A DNA stretch of 64,000 nucleotides from Candidatus Daviesbacteria bacterium (GTDB lineage Bacteria; Patescibacteriota; Microgenomatia; Daviesbacterales; UBA10151), in contig JACPEW010000020.1 of assembly GCA_016183305.1 (NCBI GenBank), positions 4,247-68,246 on the forward strand, given 5' to 3'. Position 1 is the first letter of the stretch; each line of letters opens with the position of its first letter. Shown piece by piece: positions 56,314-64,000 of the stretch. Made by a program: the position numbers and the translations under genes. Under the pieces are notes generated by a model. That model was given only the letters and a program-made list of their open reading frames with translations, ran no database searches and was not told the DNA's origin.

Positions 56314-56594
56314 TGATTAGAAAACAGATATACCTGACACCCGAAATAGATAGAGAATTGAATATTCTTGCCAGACAGCAGGGTAAAAGCATGGCTGAAA
56401 TTGTCAGGGATATTCTAGAGAAAAGGCTAAAAATTAGCGAGAGACCAAAAAATACTGTTGAAGGTTTCTTAAATAGGATAACAGGAATTGGTAAGAAAGG
56501 CCCCCATGATTTATCTACAAACCTATTCAATTATCTGTATGGTGACAAGTCCCCTAATTATGGTAAACACAAGAAAATTACTCGTAGACGCTGA
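56313..56594 (+). CDS. vapB: ribbon-helix-helix (CopG/VapB-type) antitoxin
   Basis: MIRKQIYLTPEIDRELNILARQQGKSMAEIVRDILEKRL. Confidence 0.7.
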   Translation: MIRKQIYLTPEIDRELNILARQQGKSMAEIVRDILEKRLKISERPKNTVEGFLNRITGIGKKGPHDLSTNLFNYLYGDKSPNYGKHKKITRRR

Positions 56595-56982
56595 TGCTTT
56601 TGTGGCATTGGTTTGTCAAAATGATTCCAGTCACCAAAGGGCGGAAATTTTTCAAGAGCAAATTATCAAAGACAACTTTGAATTAATAGTTTCTGATCCA
56701 GCATTTGGAGAAGCAATAACAGTTATTAGTCAGAAAGAAGGTTTAAGGGTTGCTGTTAAATTTGCGGATGAGGTATTTGCCAGTCCACTAGAAATTATTG
56801 AGGTTGATCCGGCATTGCGCAAAGAGGGGTTGGATATTTTTAAAAAGCAAACTTCCAAAAATTCCAGGTTTACTGATTGTATTAATATGGCAATTATGAA
56901 AAAATTAGGCCTTAATACTATCTTCAGTTTTGATGTCCAATACAAAAAAAATAAATTTAAAAGATTTGGAGTAGATAAATGA
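56560..56982 (+). CDS. vapC: PIN-domain toxin (VapC-like)
   Basis: MVNTRKLLVDADAFVALV..., C-terminal FTDCINMAIM...IFSFD. Start chosen at ATG 56560. Confidence 0.7.
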   Translation: MVNTRKLLVDADAFVALVCQNDSSHQRAEIFQEQIIKDNFELIVSDPAFGEAITVISQKEGLRVAVKFADEVFASPLEIIEVDPALRKEGLDIFKKQTSKNSRFTDCINMAIMKKLGLNTIFSFDVQYKKNKFKRFGVDK

Positions 56983-57038
56983 AAGTTTTAAAGCCTTCTA
57001 AATTAAATATTGGGGATTACTATTGGGATTATGGCTTA
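56979..57038 (+). pseudogene. diverged, frameshifted fragment of the ldcA 5' end (copy 2)
   Basis: ATG AAA GTT TTA AAG CCT TCT AAA TTA AAT ATT GGG GAT t ACT ATT GGG ATT ATG GCT aligns with 58592..58650. Confidence 0.8.
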
Positions 57039-57040
57039 AT

Positions 57041-57301
57041 CTAGTGATAAGTTTGGGTGGTGCGACGCTCTATTTCTACTATTTCAATTATCTTAATTTC
57101 AAAGTCAATTCTCAGAAAGATTCTGTAATCTCCGACCCTCAATCTATGCGTGGCTTGGTAATAAGATGATAATTTTCTAAGATCCAGATCAAACGGACTA
57201 AGGCTTAATCTATCTGATGCTTTTTTAATTTTAACTTGGTAATCAATAGGGATTTTCTTTAAAGACTTAAGAGCTTTTTTAGAAAAGGTAATTTGATACA
57301 C
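57041..57301 (-). CDS. relE: RelE/ParE-family toxin (second copy)
   Basis: ...HRLRVGDYRIFLRIDFEIKIIEIVEIERRTTQTY. GTG 57301 mirrors the start position of copy 1. Confidence 0.7.
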   Translation of the reverse strand: MYQITFSKKALKSLKKIPIDYQVKIKKASDRLSLSPFDLDLRKLSSYYQATHRLRVGDYRIFLRIDFEIKIIEIVEIERRTTQTYH

Positions 57302-57303
57302 TT

Positions 57304-57606
57304 TTAAATACCTAGTTGTTTCCAAACTTTCTCTGCAGGAATACCGCCATGCTTTTTAATTTCCTCAACAGCCTTGTTAACTTTTTTAATAAGTTTAGGA
57401 TCAAAATCCGCTATTTGTTCATACAATTCTTCTATTTCAAGATAAGATTTAATGTCTAAAAGTACCCCTTTTGGCTTGCCATTTTGAGTTATTACTATTT
57501 CTTTTTCTTTTGGTAATTTGCTTAAGATATCAGTGAGCTGCTTTCTTAGATCATCAGCACCGATAAATTTTTTGTCCAGTAATGAATACAAATTAATTGT
57601 TTGCAT
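57304..57606 (-). CDS. Phd/YefM-family antitoxin (second copy)
   Basis: The first 36 residues are identical to 55858..56160; the C-terminal half is diverged. Confidence 0.7.
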   Translation of the reverse strand: MQTINLYSLLDKKFIGADDLRKQLTDILSKLPKEKEIVITQNGKPKGVLLDIKSYLEIEELYEQIADFDPKLIKKVNKAVEEIKKHGGIPAEKVWKQLGI

Positions 57607-57829
57607 TAGGATATCATAACATATTCCTTAGGATTGTAAAGAATTAAATTTGCACAGGGCTTTAAACGGGCGTTATAATCACTAGCAGAAAACCCCGCTT
57701 TCTTGCAATTTGTAAAACAAATTGGGTGCGTTAAGCAGGGATGAATGCTTTTGTGATTACAGTCTTCCGTGGGGTAGGTGGTAGAGTGGTAGATCTGGAT
57801 AGGGTTTTCTGTAGTTTCTTGTAAACTTT

Positions 57830-57859
57830 CAAAGAAAACCGCGGGCTTTCAGCCCGCGG
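57830..57859 (-). terminator. GC-rich hairpin with a T-tract on the minus strand
   Basis: ccgcgggct-ttc-agcccgcgg (57839..57859). The minus strand continues ttttctttg. Confidence 0.45.
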
Positions 57860-57904
57860 AAGTTTATAGTTAAAAAAAGAAAAAGATTTAAAAAATAGAA
57901 ATCC

Positions 57905-57948
57905 CCCAGAAGCACTCTTGAGTATTCTTAAATCGTAAAAGGTAGAAG
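57905..57948 (+). pseudogene. diverged, frameshifted fragment of the lepA 3' end (copy 3)
   Basis: atagaaatcccccagaagcactcttgagtattcttaaatcgtaa. Restoring one A gives IEIPQEALLSILKS-stop. Confidence 0.75.
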
Positions 57949-57995
57949 CTTACAAAATAATTGAATTACTGGTTAACTTATGAGACAGTTAAAAT

Positions 57996-58523
57996 ATGAA
58001 AGAAAGAGGTTTTACTTCAATATTATTTATATTCATCATATTGGTAATCTCAGCAGGGATTATTAGTGGGGCTTTTTACATTAAACAATCTAATCTTTCC
58101 AACAAGCAACTTAATAAGCAGCCTGAGGCTTATGTTAACACAACATCGATTGATCAACCTGCGCAACCTTCTTTAGAATCTTCACCGATTCAGTCTGCAA
58201 AACTAGACCAAGCACCAAAATCTGCTGTATCAAACAATGAAGCTGCTAGGTTTACTGGAATGATTACAGAGACTAACAATAGTTGTTGGGTAGATGGAGT
58301 GTGTAGTGTTAAAATTGATAGTTCATGGGTTGAAGTGGAAAGAGGTGGTTTAAGGCCTCCGAATATGATGGGAGAACCTGGCGGACAATTAATTGGAATA
58401 TCTTTTAGTTCTGATACTGAAAAGTATATTGGCCAAAAAGCAGAATTCTACGGCGCCAAAAAAGATGATGGAAGCTTTACAATTTATGGTAACTCTAATT
58501 ACTATCTAAAGTTAGTTAACTAA
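57996..58523 (+). CDS. hypothetical anchored protein (slot-3 cargo)
   Basis: 175 aa, N-terminal TM helix, Q/S/P-rich linker. Confidence 0.45.
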   Translation: MKERGFTSILFIFIILVISAGIISGAFYIKQSNLSNKQLNKQPEAYVNTTSIDQPAQPSLESSPIQSAKLDQAPKSAVSNNEAARFTGMITETNNSCWVDGVCSVKIDSSWVEVERGGLRPPNMMGEPGGQLIGISFSSDTEKYIGQKAEFYGAKKDDGSFTIYGNSNYYLKLVN

Positions 58524-58591
58524 TAATTTGATAAAACAATCATTATTAGTTGTTGTTATATCAACGAAATACTACATTGTATAATGCTTAA

Positions 58592-59521
58592 ATGCAGATT
58601 TTGAGACCTTCTAAATTAAATATTGGGGATACTGTGGGGATTGTGGCTTCTTCTTTGCCAGTTCTGCCTGTTTTTAAAGAAAGTTATGAAAGGGGCAAAA
58701 AAATACTTGCAGACTTAGGATTTAAGATCAAAGAAGGGGAAACTATTGGCAAAATCAGGTGGTGGGCTGCCGGAACACCAAAAGAGGTGGCAGCAGATAT
58801 AAATAAGATGTTTGCTGATAAAAGCATAAAAGCTATTATGGCTCAAACCGGTGGATACTCTGCTTTTTCTGTTTTGGAATATTTAGACTATGAACTTGTA
58901 ACTGCTAACCCAAAACCTTTTATTGGTATGAGCGATGTAACCAATTATTTAATGGCTTTTTTTACCAAATGCAGTATGGTTGGATTCCATATGGATGATG
59001 TTTTACACCTCAATAAAGAACTTTTCTTAAGATTTTTAACAAAAACTAAAGTACCGGGTAAAATTAAACCTTTAACTGAATGGGATGAGTGGAAAAAAGG
59101 CCAAACAGGAGGACATTTAATGGGTGGAAACTTGCATTTATTTTCTGGTTTAATAGGAACTGAATATTTTCCTAAGCCAGAATTTTTTGATGGGGCAATA
59201 CTGTTTTGGGAAGAAGTTGGGGAACCTTTACACAGCATTGCCAGGTTTTTAACCCAGCTAAAATATGCTGGAATTTTAGACAGGATTACCGGTATGCTGA
59301 TCGGTAAAATTACCCATATTAAACCAGCCAGGGAAAAAGAAGTAATAGAACCAACAGCAAAAGAGCTGGTTTTGGATATTTTAAAAGATTATAAATTCCC
59401 TGTTATGGCTAATATGGATTTTGGCCATTTTACAGTTAATATTCCAATGCCTATAGGAACAAAAGTTTCCTTTGATACTTCCAAATCAGAATTAAACTTT
59501 TTAGAATCAGCTGTAGCCTAA
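58592..59521 (+). CDS. ldcA: LD-carboxypeptidase (peptidase S66, LdcA/MccF family)
   Basis: LNIGDTVGIVASS, GGYSA, GMSDVT (nucleophile Ser), DFGH (His) pattern. Confidence 0.75.
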   Translation: MQILRPSKLNIGDTVGIVASSLPVLPVFKESYERGKKILADLGFKIKEGETIGKIRWWAAGTPKEVAADINKMFADKSIKAIMAQTGGYSAFSVLEYLDYELVTANPKPFIGMSDVTNYLMAFFTKCSMVGFHMDDVLHLNKELFLRFLTKTKVPGKIKPLTEWDEWKKGQTGGHLMGGNLHLFSGLIGTEYFPKPEFFDGAILFWEEVGEPLHSIARFLTQLKYAGILDRITGMLIGKITHIKPAREKEVIEPTAKELVLDILKDYKFPVMANMDFGHFTVNIPMPIGTKVSFDTSKSELNFLESAVA

Positions 59522-59524
59522 TCT

Positions 59525-60229
59525 CTAAACATCACGCCTGACTATACAATCAGGACATCTTAAGGAGTCTGTCTCATAGATTTTGGCTATTTTATCAGAT
59601 AATTGGAAAATTAGTTCTGATCCTTCATCAATATTAAAAATATCTGGATTATTATCAAAAGATAAAGTAGCCTGGCCCCGGACTAATTTGAAAACAACTT
59701 GATTCCGGTCTTTTAGTAAAAGAGGACCGATTTTTTCAATAGTATTATTAAAAGCTACCCCAAAGCCTTTATCAAAAGTCTGCCTGGTGATGCTTTTAAA
59801 ATAACCAGTTGAGCCAAAAGAAGTTGAAATAACAATCCCGTCTCCAAGAATCAGTTTATCTGAAGGTGGAATTTTAAAACGGATAGTATGGATAGGGTGT
59901 TTATTCCTTATGACAAAATCATTTAAAGCATAAAATGTTTTATAAAAAAATGTAGTTTCAAGCTTCTTATATTCTTTTAGTTTTAATTTACTTTTAAGAA
60001 GTTTTTGCAGTAATAATGTCTCATCGTGTCTGGGGCATTTTTTACAAATTAAACTATTCCGAATAGGTAATTTAGGAATCCCTGGATATGTTCTTTCTGA
60101 ATAAAGTAAAGTCCCATCCCCTCCATAGCTTATTATTACTTCAGGATTATAACTTACGACCTCAATTCCTAAACTTTTTAATAAAGGTTTGATATTTTGA
60201 GAATTCTTACCAGTTACTAATGCTTTCAT
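59525..60229 (-). CDS. nadK: NAD(+) kinase
   Basis: ISYGGDGTLL motif, GDGIVISTSFGSTGY. Short form of 234 aa. Confidence 0.7.
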   Translation of the reverse strand: MKALVTGKNSQNIKPLLKSLGIEVVSYNPEVIISYGGDGTLLYSERTYPGIPKLPIRNSLICKKCPRHDETLLLQKLLKSKLKLKEYKKLETTFFYKTFYALNDFVIRNKHPIHTIRFKIPPSDKLILGDGIVISTSFGSTGYFKSITRQTFDKGFGVAFNNTIEKIGPLLLKDRNQVVFKLVRGQATLSFDNNPDIFNIDEGSELIFQLSDKIAKIYETDSLRCPDCIVRRDV

Positions 60230-60288
60230 GAGCTCATGATACTACAAACATAACCCTAGTTTCAGGTATACTGGGATATTAAAAATTT

Positions 60289-61527
60289 ATGACCAATAAA
60301 ATCTCACCTTTTACTAGCCTTAAAATACCCCATTATAGAAATTATTTAACAGGAGCATTTCTTTCTGAAATTGGTAACCAGATGCAGGTAGTAGCAATTG
60401 CCTGGCAAGTTTATGAGCTAACCAGAAATCCTGCTGCTTTAGGACTAATTGGGGTAGCTAATTTTATACCAATAATACTGTTTTCTTTAATCGCTGGACT
60501 AATAGTTGATAAAGTAGACAGGAAGAAATTACTGATTTTAAGTCAGATTACCCAGGCTGTTTTAGCATTTGTGTTATTCTTTTTAAATTTTTACCAACTA
60601 ATTAACCCAGGGGTGATTTACTTAATTTTAGTGTTTATAGCTACTGCTCAATCATTTTCTATTCCAGCAAGACAGGCAGTTATTCCACATCTTGTGCCTA
60701 AAAAATATTTTATGAATGCTGTATCTTTAGGAACCTTGCAATTTCAAGCTGCCACAATGATTGGTCCAGCCATTGCTGGTTTTTTGATTGGCGGGGCAGG
60801 GGTACAAATTGTTTATTTAATAAATGCTTTATCATTTTTGTTTTTTATTGGTTCAATTCTTTCCATTAATATCTCCTTACAAAAACACAATCAGGAGGAT
60901 ATAAAGCTGAATGTTTCCTCTATTTGGGAGGGGATTAGATTTGTGTTGACTACTCCTATTCTATACCTGACTATGATTTTAGATTTTTTGGCAACCTTTT
61001 TTGGTACAGCCACTATCTTAATGCCTGTTTTTGCCAAAGATGTGCTTCATGTAGGAGCTCAAGGCTTAGGTTTTCTCTACTGCGCTCCAGCAATTGGCGG
61101 AGTGTTGGCAGGTTTGCTGGTTGCTTCTTTGCATCATAAACTAAAACACCAAGGCAAGGTTATTGTTGGGTCAGTGGTTTTATATGGTTTGGCTACGGTT
61201 GGCTTTGGCTTGTCAACAATTTTTCCTTTGTCTTTACTATTTTTGGTATTAGTTGGTTTTGGAGATATGACTTCAACTATTATTAGGAATACTATTAGAC
61301 AGTTAATTACCCCAGACCGCTTAAGAGGTAGGATGGGTTCGGTTACCAGGATCTTTTTCCAAGGGGGGCCGCAACTAGGTGAAATAGAAGCTGGATTTTT
61401 AGCCAAAGCCATAGGCGCTCCAGCCTCTGTGGTAATTGGCGGGGTGGGAGTAGTAATGATTACTATGCTGGTTGCTTTAAAAAGCAAAGCCTTAAGAAAT
61501 TACCAGGGCAAAGATTTAGCAGTTTAG
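60289..61527 (+). CDS. MFS transporter
   Basis: 412 aa, 12 predicted TM helices. GLIVDKVDRKKLL motif A-like loop. Confidence 0.75.
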   Translation: MTNKISPFTSLKIPHYRNYLTGAFLSEIGNQMQVVAIAWQVYELTRNPAALGLIGVANFIPIILFSLIAGLIVDKVDRKKLLILSQITQAVLAFVLFFLNFYQLINPGVIYLILVFIATAQSFSIPARQAVIPHLVPKKYFMNAVSLGTLQFQAATMIGPAIAGFLIGGAGVQIVYLINALSFLFFIGSILSINISLQKHNQEDIKLNVSSIWEGIRFVLTTPILYLTMILDFLATFFGTATILMPVFAKDVLHVGAQGLGFLYCAPAIGGVLAGLLVASLHHKLKHQGKVIVGSVVLYGLATVGFGLSTIFPLSLLFLVLVGFGDMTSTIIRNTIRQLITPDRLRGRMGSVTRIFFQGGPQLGEIEAGFLAKAIGAPASVVIGGVGVVMITMLVALKSKALRNYQGKDLAV

Positions 61528-61541
61528 GTTAGAATACCCTC

Positions 61542-61578
61542 TTGACAACAGTTAGCACTCATTATATTATACTGCTAG
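61542..61578 (+). promoter_or_regulatory. sigma70-type promoter overlapping a half-degenerate CIRCE operator
   Basis: ttgaca (61542..61547), 17 nt, tattat (61565..61570). TTAGCACTC (61552..61560)-N9-tactgctag (61570..61578) versus the consensus right half GAGTGCTAA (6/9). Confidence 0.55.
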
Positions 61579-61581
61579 TTT

Positions 61582-62172
61582 ATGTCAGATTTAACTGATC
61601 GGCAGCAAGCACTAAGGCAGCCTCATACTTCTGCAGGCAGAGCTCCTACATCTATGGGAATGAAGTTTTATATTGCTTCCTTGATGAAGGAAAAGACCTT
61701 GCCCGTGACAGCTGAAGTTTCTATTAAAGAGAAACTGATGGCAAATAGGTTTAAGCAGGAAAGATTAGTAAAAGAAGCAGTAACAGCTTTGGCCCAGAGG
61801 TTGGATATGTTAGGTTTGGCAATTGATGATGAAGGGATAGTCTATTATGCTGGAGCTGCCAATATCTTGGATTGGCCGGAGTTTTATGATATTGATGTAA
61901 CCAGATTTGTGCTGTCTTTATTTGATGAAAACCCAAGGTTGAGGGAGATTATTGGGAAAGCAGTTGGGACTGACCCAATCCATATTTTGTTTGGTGAAGA
62001 TATGGAGTTTGAGTACCTTAGGCCAACAGGTTTTGTTTTTACAAAATATGATGCAAGAGGAGACAAAACTGGGGTTATTGGAGTGATTGGTCCAGCCAGG
62101 ATGAATTTTTCTTTAGTGTTGCCTTATGTAAAATATGTCAGGAATTTGTTAAGCGAAGCAGTTAGAATATAG
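61582..62172 (+). CDS. hrcA: truncated HrcA-like protein lacking the N-terminal winged-helix domain
   Basis: MSDLTDRQQA joined directly to LRQPHTSAGRAPT. C-terminal GVIGVIGPARMNFSLVLPYV matches the HrcA C-terminus. 196 aa versus about 340 in B. subtilis HrcA. Confidence 0.7.
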   Translation: MSDLTDRQQALRQPHTSAGRAPTSMGMKFYIASLMKEKTLPVTAEVSIKEKLMANRFKQERLVKEAVTALAQRLDMLGLAIDDEGIVYYAGAANILDWPEFYDIDVTRFVLSLFDENPRLREIIGKAVGTDPIHILFGEDMEFEYLRPTGFVFTKYDARGDKTGVIGVIGPARMNFSLVLPYVKYVRNLLSEAVRI

Positions 62173-62179
62173 AATAAAT

Positions 62180-62686
62180 ATGACTAAAAAAATTGATAAA
62201 GTACAGGAACTGGAAAATAAAGTTAACGAATTGGAAGCCTTACTAAAAAGGGCAGTGGCTGATTATCATAACTTGGAAAAAAGGGTGCAGGAAGGAAGGT
62301 CAGAGTTAACCAAATGGGGTACTGGAGAATTATTAGTTAGGATTTTACCTACTTTGGATCATTTAGAACAAGCTTTAGGTGGGGCAAGTGAAGTTGACAA
62401 ACAATCAGGATGGTTTAGAGGGGTTGAGCTGGCTGTTAAAGAATTTAAAGGTGTTTTACAGTCTGAAGGTTTGGAAGAAGTTCCAACCGGAGGTGCATTT
62501 AATCCTGCTCTGCATGAGGCAGTTGACATACAGCAAGGTGATGATAATATAATTTTAAAAGTAGTAAGATGTGGGTATACTTTAAATGGTAAGGTATTAA
62601 GGCCAGCAGGAGTGGTGGTTGGCCGTAATGTCATTGCGAGCGAAGCGAAGCAATCTGGCTCAGAAGAAGGAGAAATGTCATCCTGA
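62180..62686 (+). CDS. grpE: nucleotide exchange factor GrpE (3' end extended by repeat elements)
   Basis: RAVADYHNLEKR, LPTLDHLEQAL, NPALHEAV, GYTLNGKVLRPAGVVV, then VIASEAKQSGSEEGEMSS encoded by GTCAT repeats. Confidence 0.9.
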   Translation: MTKKIDKVQELENKVNELEALLKRAVADYHNLEKRVQEGRSELTKWGTGELLVRILPTLDHLEQALGGASEVDKQSGWFRGVELAVKEFKGVLQSEGLEEVPTGGAFNPALHEAVDIQQGDDNIILKVVRCGYTLNGKVLRPAGVVVGRNVIASEAKQSGSEEGEMSS

Positions 62687-62771
62687 AGGTGTGTCATTCC
62701 CGCGTAGGCGGGAATCTAATTAACCATTTAAGATTAGTTTATAATTGGATCCCTGCATTCGCAGGGATGAC
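62630..62771. repeat. cluster of four GTCAT-hairpin repeats between grpE and dnaK
   Basis: 62630..62656 gtcattgcgagcgaagcgaagcaatct; 62677..62689 gtcatcctgaagg (truncated); 62693..62717 gtcattcccgcgtaggcgggaatct; 62747..62771 reverse copy ggatccctgcattcgcagggatgac. Confidence 0.85.
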
Positions 62772-62842
62772 AGAAAAGCAGAGAAAAGAGAAAAATTATG
62801 AAATGTCCAGTTGATCAAACAGAAAAGGAGGATTAATAACTT

Positions 62843-64000
62843 ATGGCCAAAATTGTTGGTATTGATTTAGGTACAACAAATTCTTGTGTAGCAGTAATGG
62901 AGGGTGGAAAGCCCAAAGTTATTCACTCTGCTGAAGGGGAAAATATTATCCCCTCAGTTGTTAATCCTATCAAAAATATTGTAGGAAGAGTGGCTAAAAG
63001 ACAGGCAATAGTTAACCCCAAAGAAACAATCTTTTCTATTAAAAGACTGATGGGTAGGAAGTATAAAGACCCGGAAGTCCAAAGAGACCTTAAATGGCTG
63101 CCTTACACTATTAAAGAAGGCAGGGAAGGTATGGCAGTTGTTGAAGTAGAAGGCCATGAATATACGCCTCAAGAACTCTCAGCTCAAATCCTGCAAAAAA
63201 TTAAAGCAGATGCACAGTCTTATTTAGGTGAAAAAGTTACAGATGCAGTAATTACAGTTCCTGCTTACTTTGATGATGCTCAAAGACAGGCCACCAAGCA
63301 GGCTGGAGAAATTGCTGGATTAAATGTTCAAAGAATTATTAATGAGCCAACTGCTGCTGCACTAGCTTATGGCTTGGATAAATCTCATGCTCATACTATT
63401 GCTGTTTACGACCTTGGTGGAGGAACTTTTGATATTTCTGTTTTGGAGCTGGGTGATGGGGTAATTGAGGTTAAATCTACTAATGGTGATACTCACTTAG
63501 GAGGGGATGATTTTGATCAAGTAATCCTAGACTGGCTGGCTGAGGAATTTAAAAGGACTGAAGGGATTGATCTTAAGACTGACAGGCAGGCTTTGCAAAG
63601 GCTAAGGGATGCAGCTGAAAAAGCCAAGATTGAGTTGTCTTCTACTCAGGAAGCAGAAATTTCCATCCCATTTATTACTGCTGGTGAGGGCGGGCCAAAG
63701 CATTTGGAAATCAAACTATCAAGGGCAAAACTGGAAGCCATGGTTAAACCTCTTATTGATAAAACCTTTGATGCTGTCAAGTCAGCCTTAAAAGATGCAA
63801 AACTGGAAGCTTCCAAAATAGATGAGGTAGTTTTGGTGGGTGGTATGACCAGAATGCCCCTCTGTCAAAAAGCTGTCCAGGATTTCTTTGGAAAAGAACC
63901 ACACAAAGGTATTAATCCAGATGAAGTGGTGGCAGTAGGTGCTGCAATTCAAGGTGGAGTCTTGGGTGGGGAAGTTAAAGATGTATTGCTTTTGGATGTG
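62843..64000 (+). CDS. dnaK: chaperone DnaK (5' partial, runs off the window)
   Basis: [51 protein letters not shown]. Not in the ORF track because no stop is reached. Confidence 0.97.
   Translation, partial: MAKIVGIDLGTTNSCVAVMEGGKPKVIHSAEGENIIPSVVNPIKNIVGRVAKRQAIVNPKETIFSIKRLMGRKYKDPEVQRDLKWLPYTIKEGREGMAVVEVEGHEYTPQELSAQILQKIKADAQSYLGEKVTDAVITVPAYFDDAQRQATKQAGEIAGLNVQRIINEPTAAALAYGLDKSHAHTIAVYDLGGGTFDISVLELGDGVIEVKSTNGDTHLGGDDFDQVILDWLAEEFKRTEGIDLKTDRQALQRLRDAAEKAKIELSSTQEAEISIPFITAGEGGPKHLEIKLSRAKLEAMVKPLIDKTFDAVKSALKDAKLEASKIDEVVLVGGMTRMPLCQKAVQDFFGKEPHKGINPDEVVAVGAAIQGGVLGGEVKDVLLLDV

Noticed and set aside
56216-56530. 104-aa minus-strand ORF
   Set aside because: It is antisense to the well-supported RHH antitoxin and its promoter, and covers the lepA fragment. 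It is hydrophobic low-complexity sequence with no start context.
62359-62697. 112-aa minus-strand ORF
   Set aside because: Antisense shadow of grpE and the repeat cluster.

Overview
Low-GC (about one third GC by eye), densely coded 64 kb chromosomal segment that uses the standard code: TAA, TAG and TGA all terminate long intact ORFs. Housekeeping content includes groES-groEL, hrcA-grpE-dnaK, lepA, metG, rpsT, tpiA, nadK, ung and ahcY plus a PfkB kinase. Cell-wall genes are murB, murJ, FemAB-type transferase, LCP, LD-carboxypeptidase, PgeF, M23 and 3D/G5 proteins. Also present: PilN/PilO-like genes, two UvrD-family helicases and many small membrane proteins. There are no biosynthetic operons. 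Together with seven type II toxin-antitoxin loci this fits a small-genome CPR/Patescibacteria-like bacterium (inference only). No rRNA, tRNA or CRISPR array was found. Most interesting observations: (1) a thioredoxin gene split exactly at WC|GPC by a full-length LAGLIDADG intein; (2) between lepA and ldcA, three diverged copies of the 'lepA 3' end - variable gene - ldcA 5' end' locus stacked in tandem and separated by relE/phd modules; (3) a 1.4 kb GC-richer insertion downstream of ahcY, flanked by 41-bp repeats that duplicate the ahcY 3' end with only synonymous differences; (4) a SAM-I-like riboswitch with terminator/antiterminator in front of an uncharacterised 124-aa ORF; (5) GC-rich hairpin repeats, some inserted in-frame in conserved enzymes (pepP, murB, pcrA), one supplying the C-terminus and stop codon of grpE, one supplying a Shine-Dalgarno; (6) recurrent 28-bp blocks of four tandem heptamers inside genes, including the groES 5' end; (7) a mini-HrcA lacking its DNA-binding domain next to decaying CIRCE operators; (8) short-repeat frame switches and several nonsense or frameshift lesions confined to accessory genes. 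All calls come from reading the sequence and ORF translations; no searches were run.
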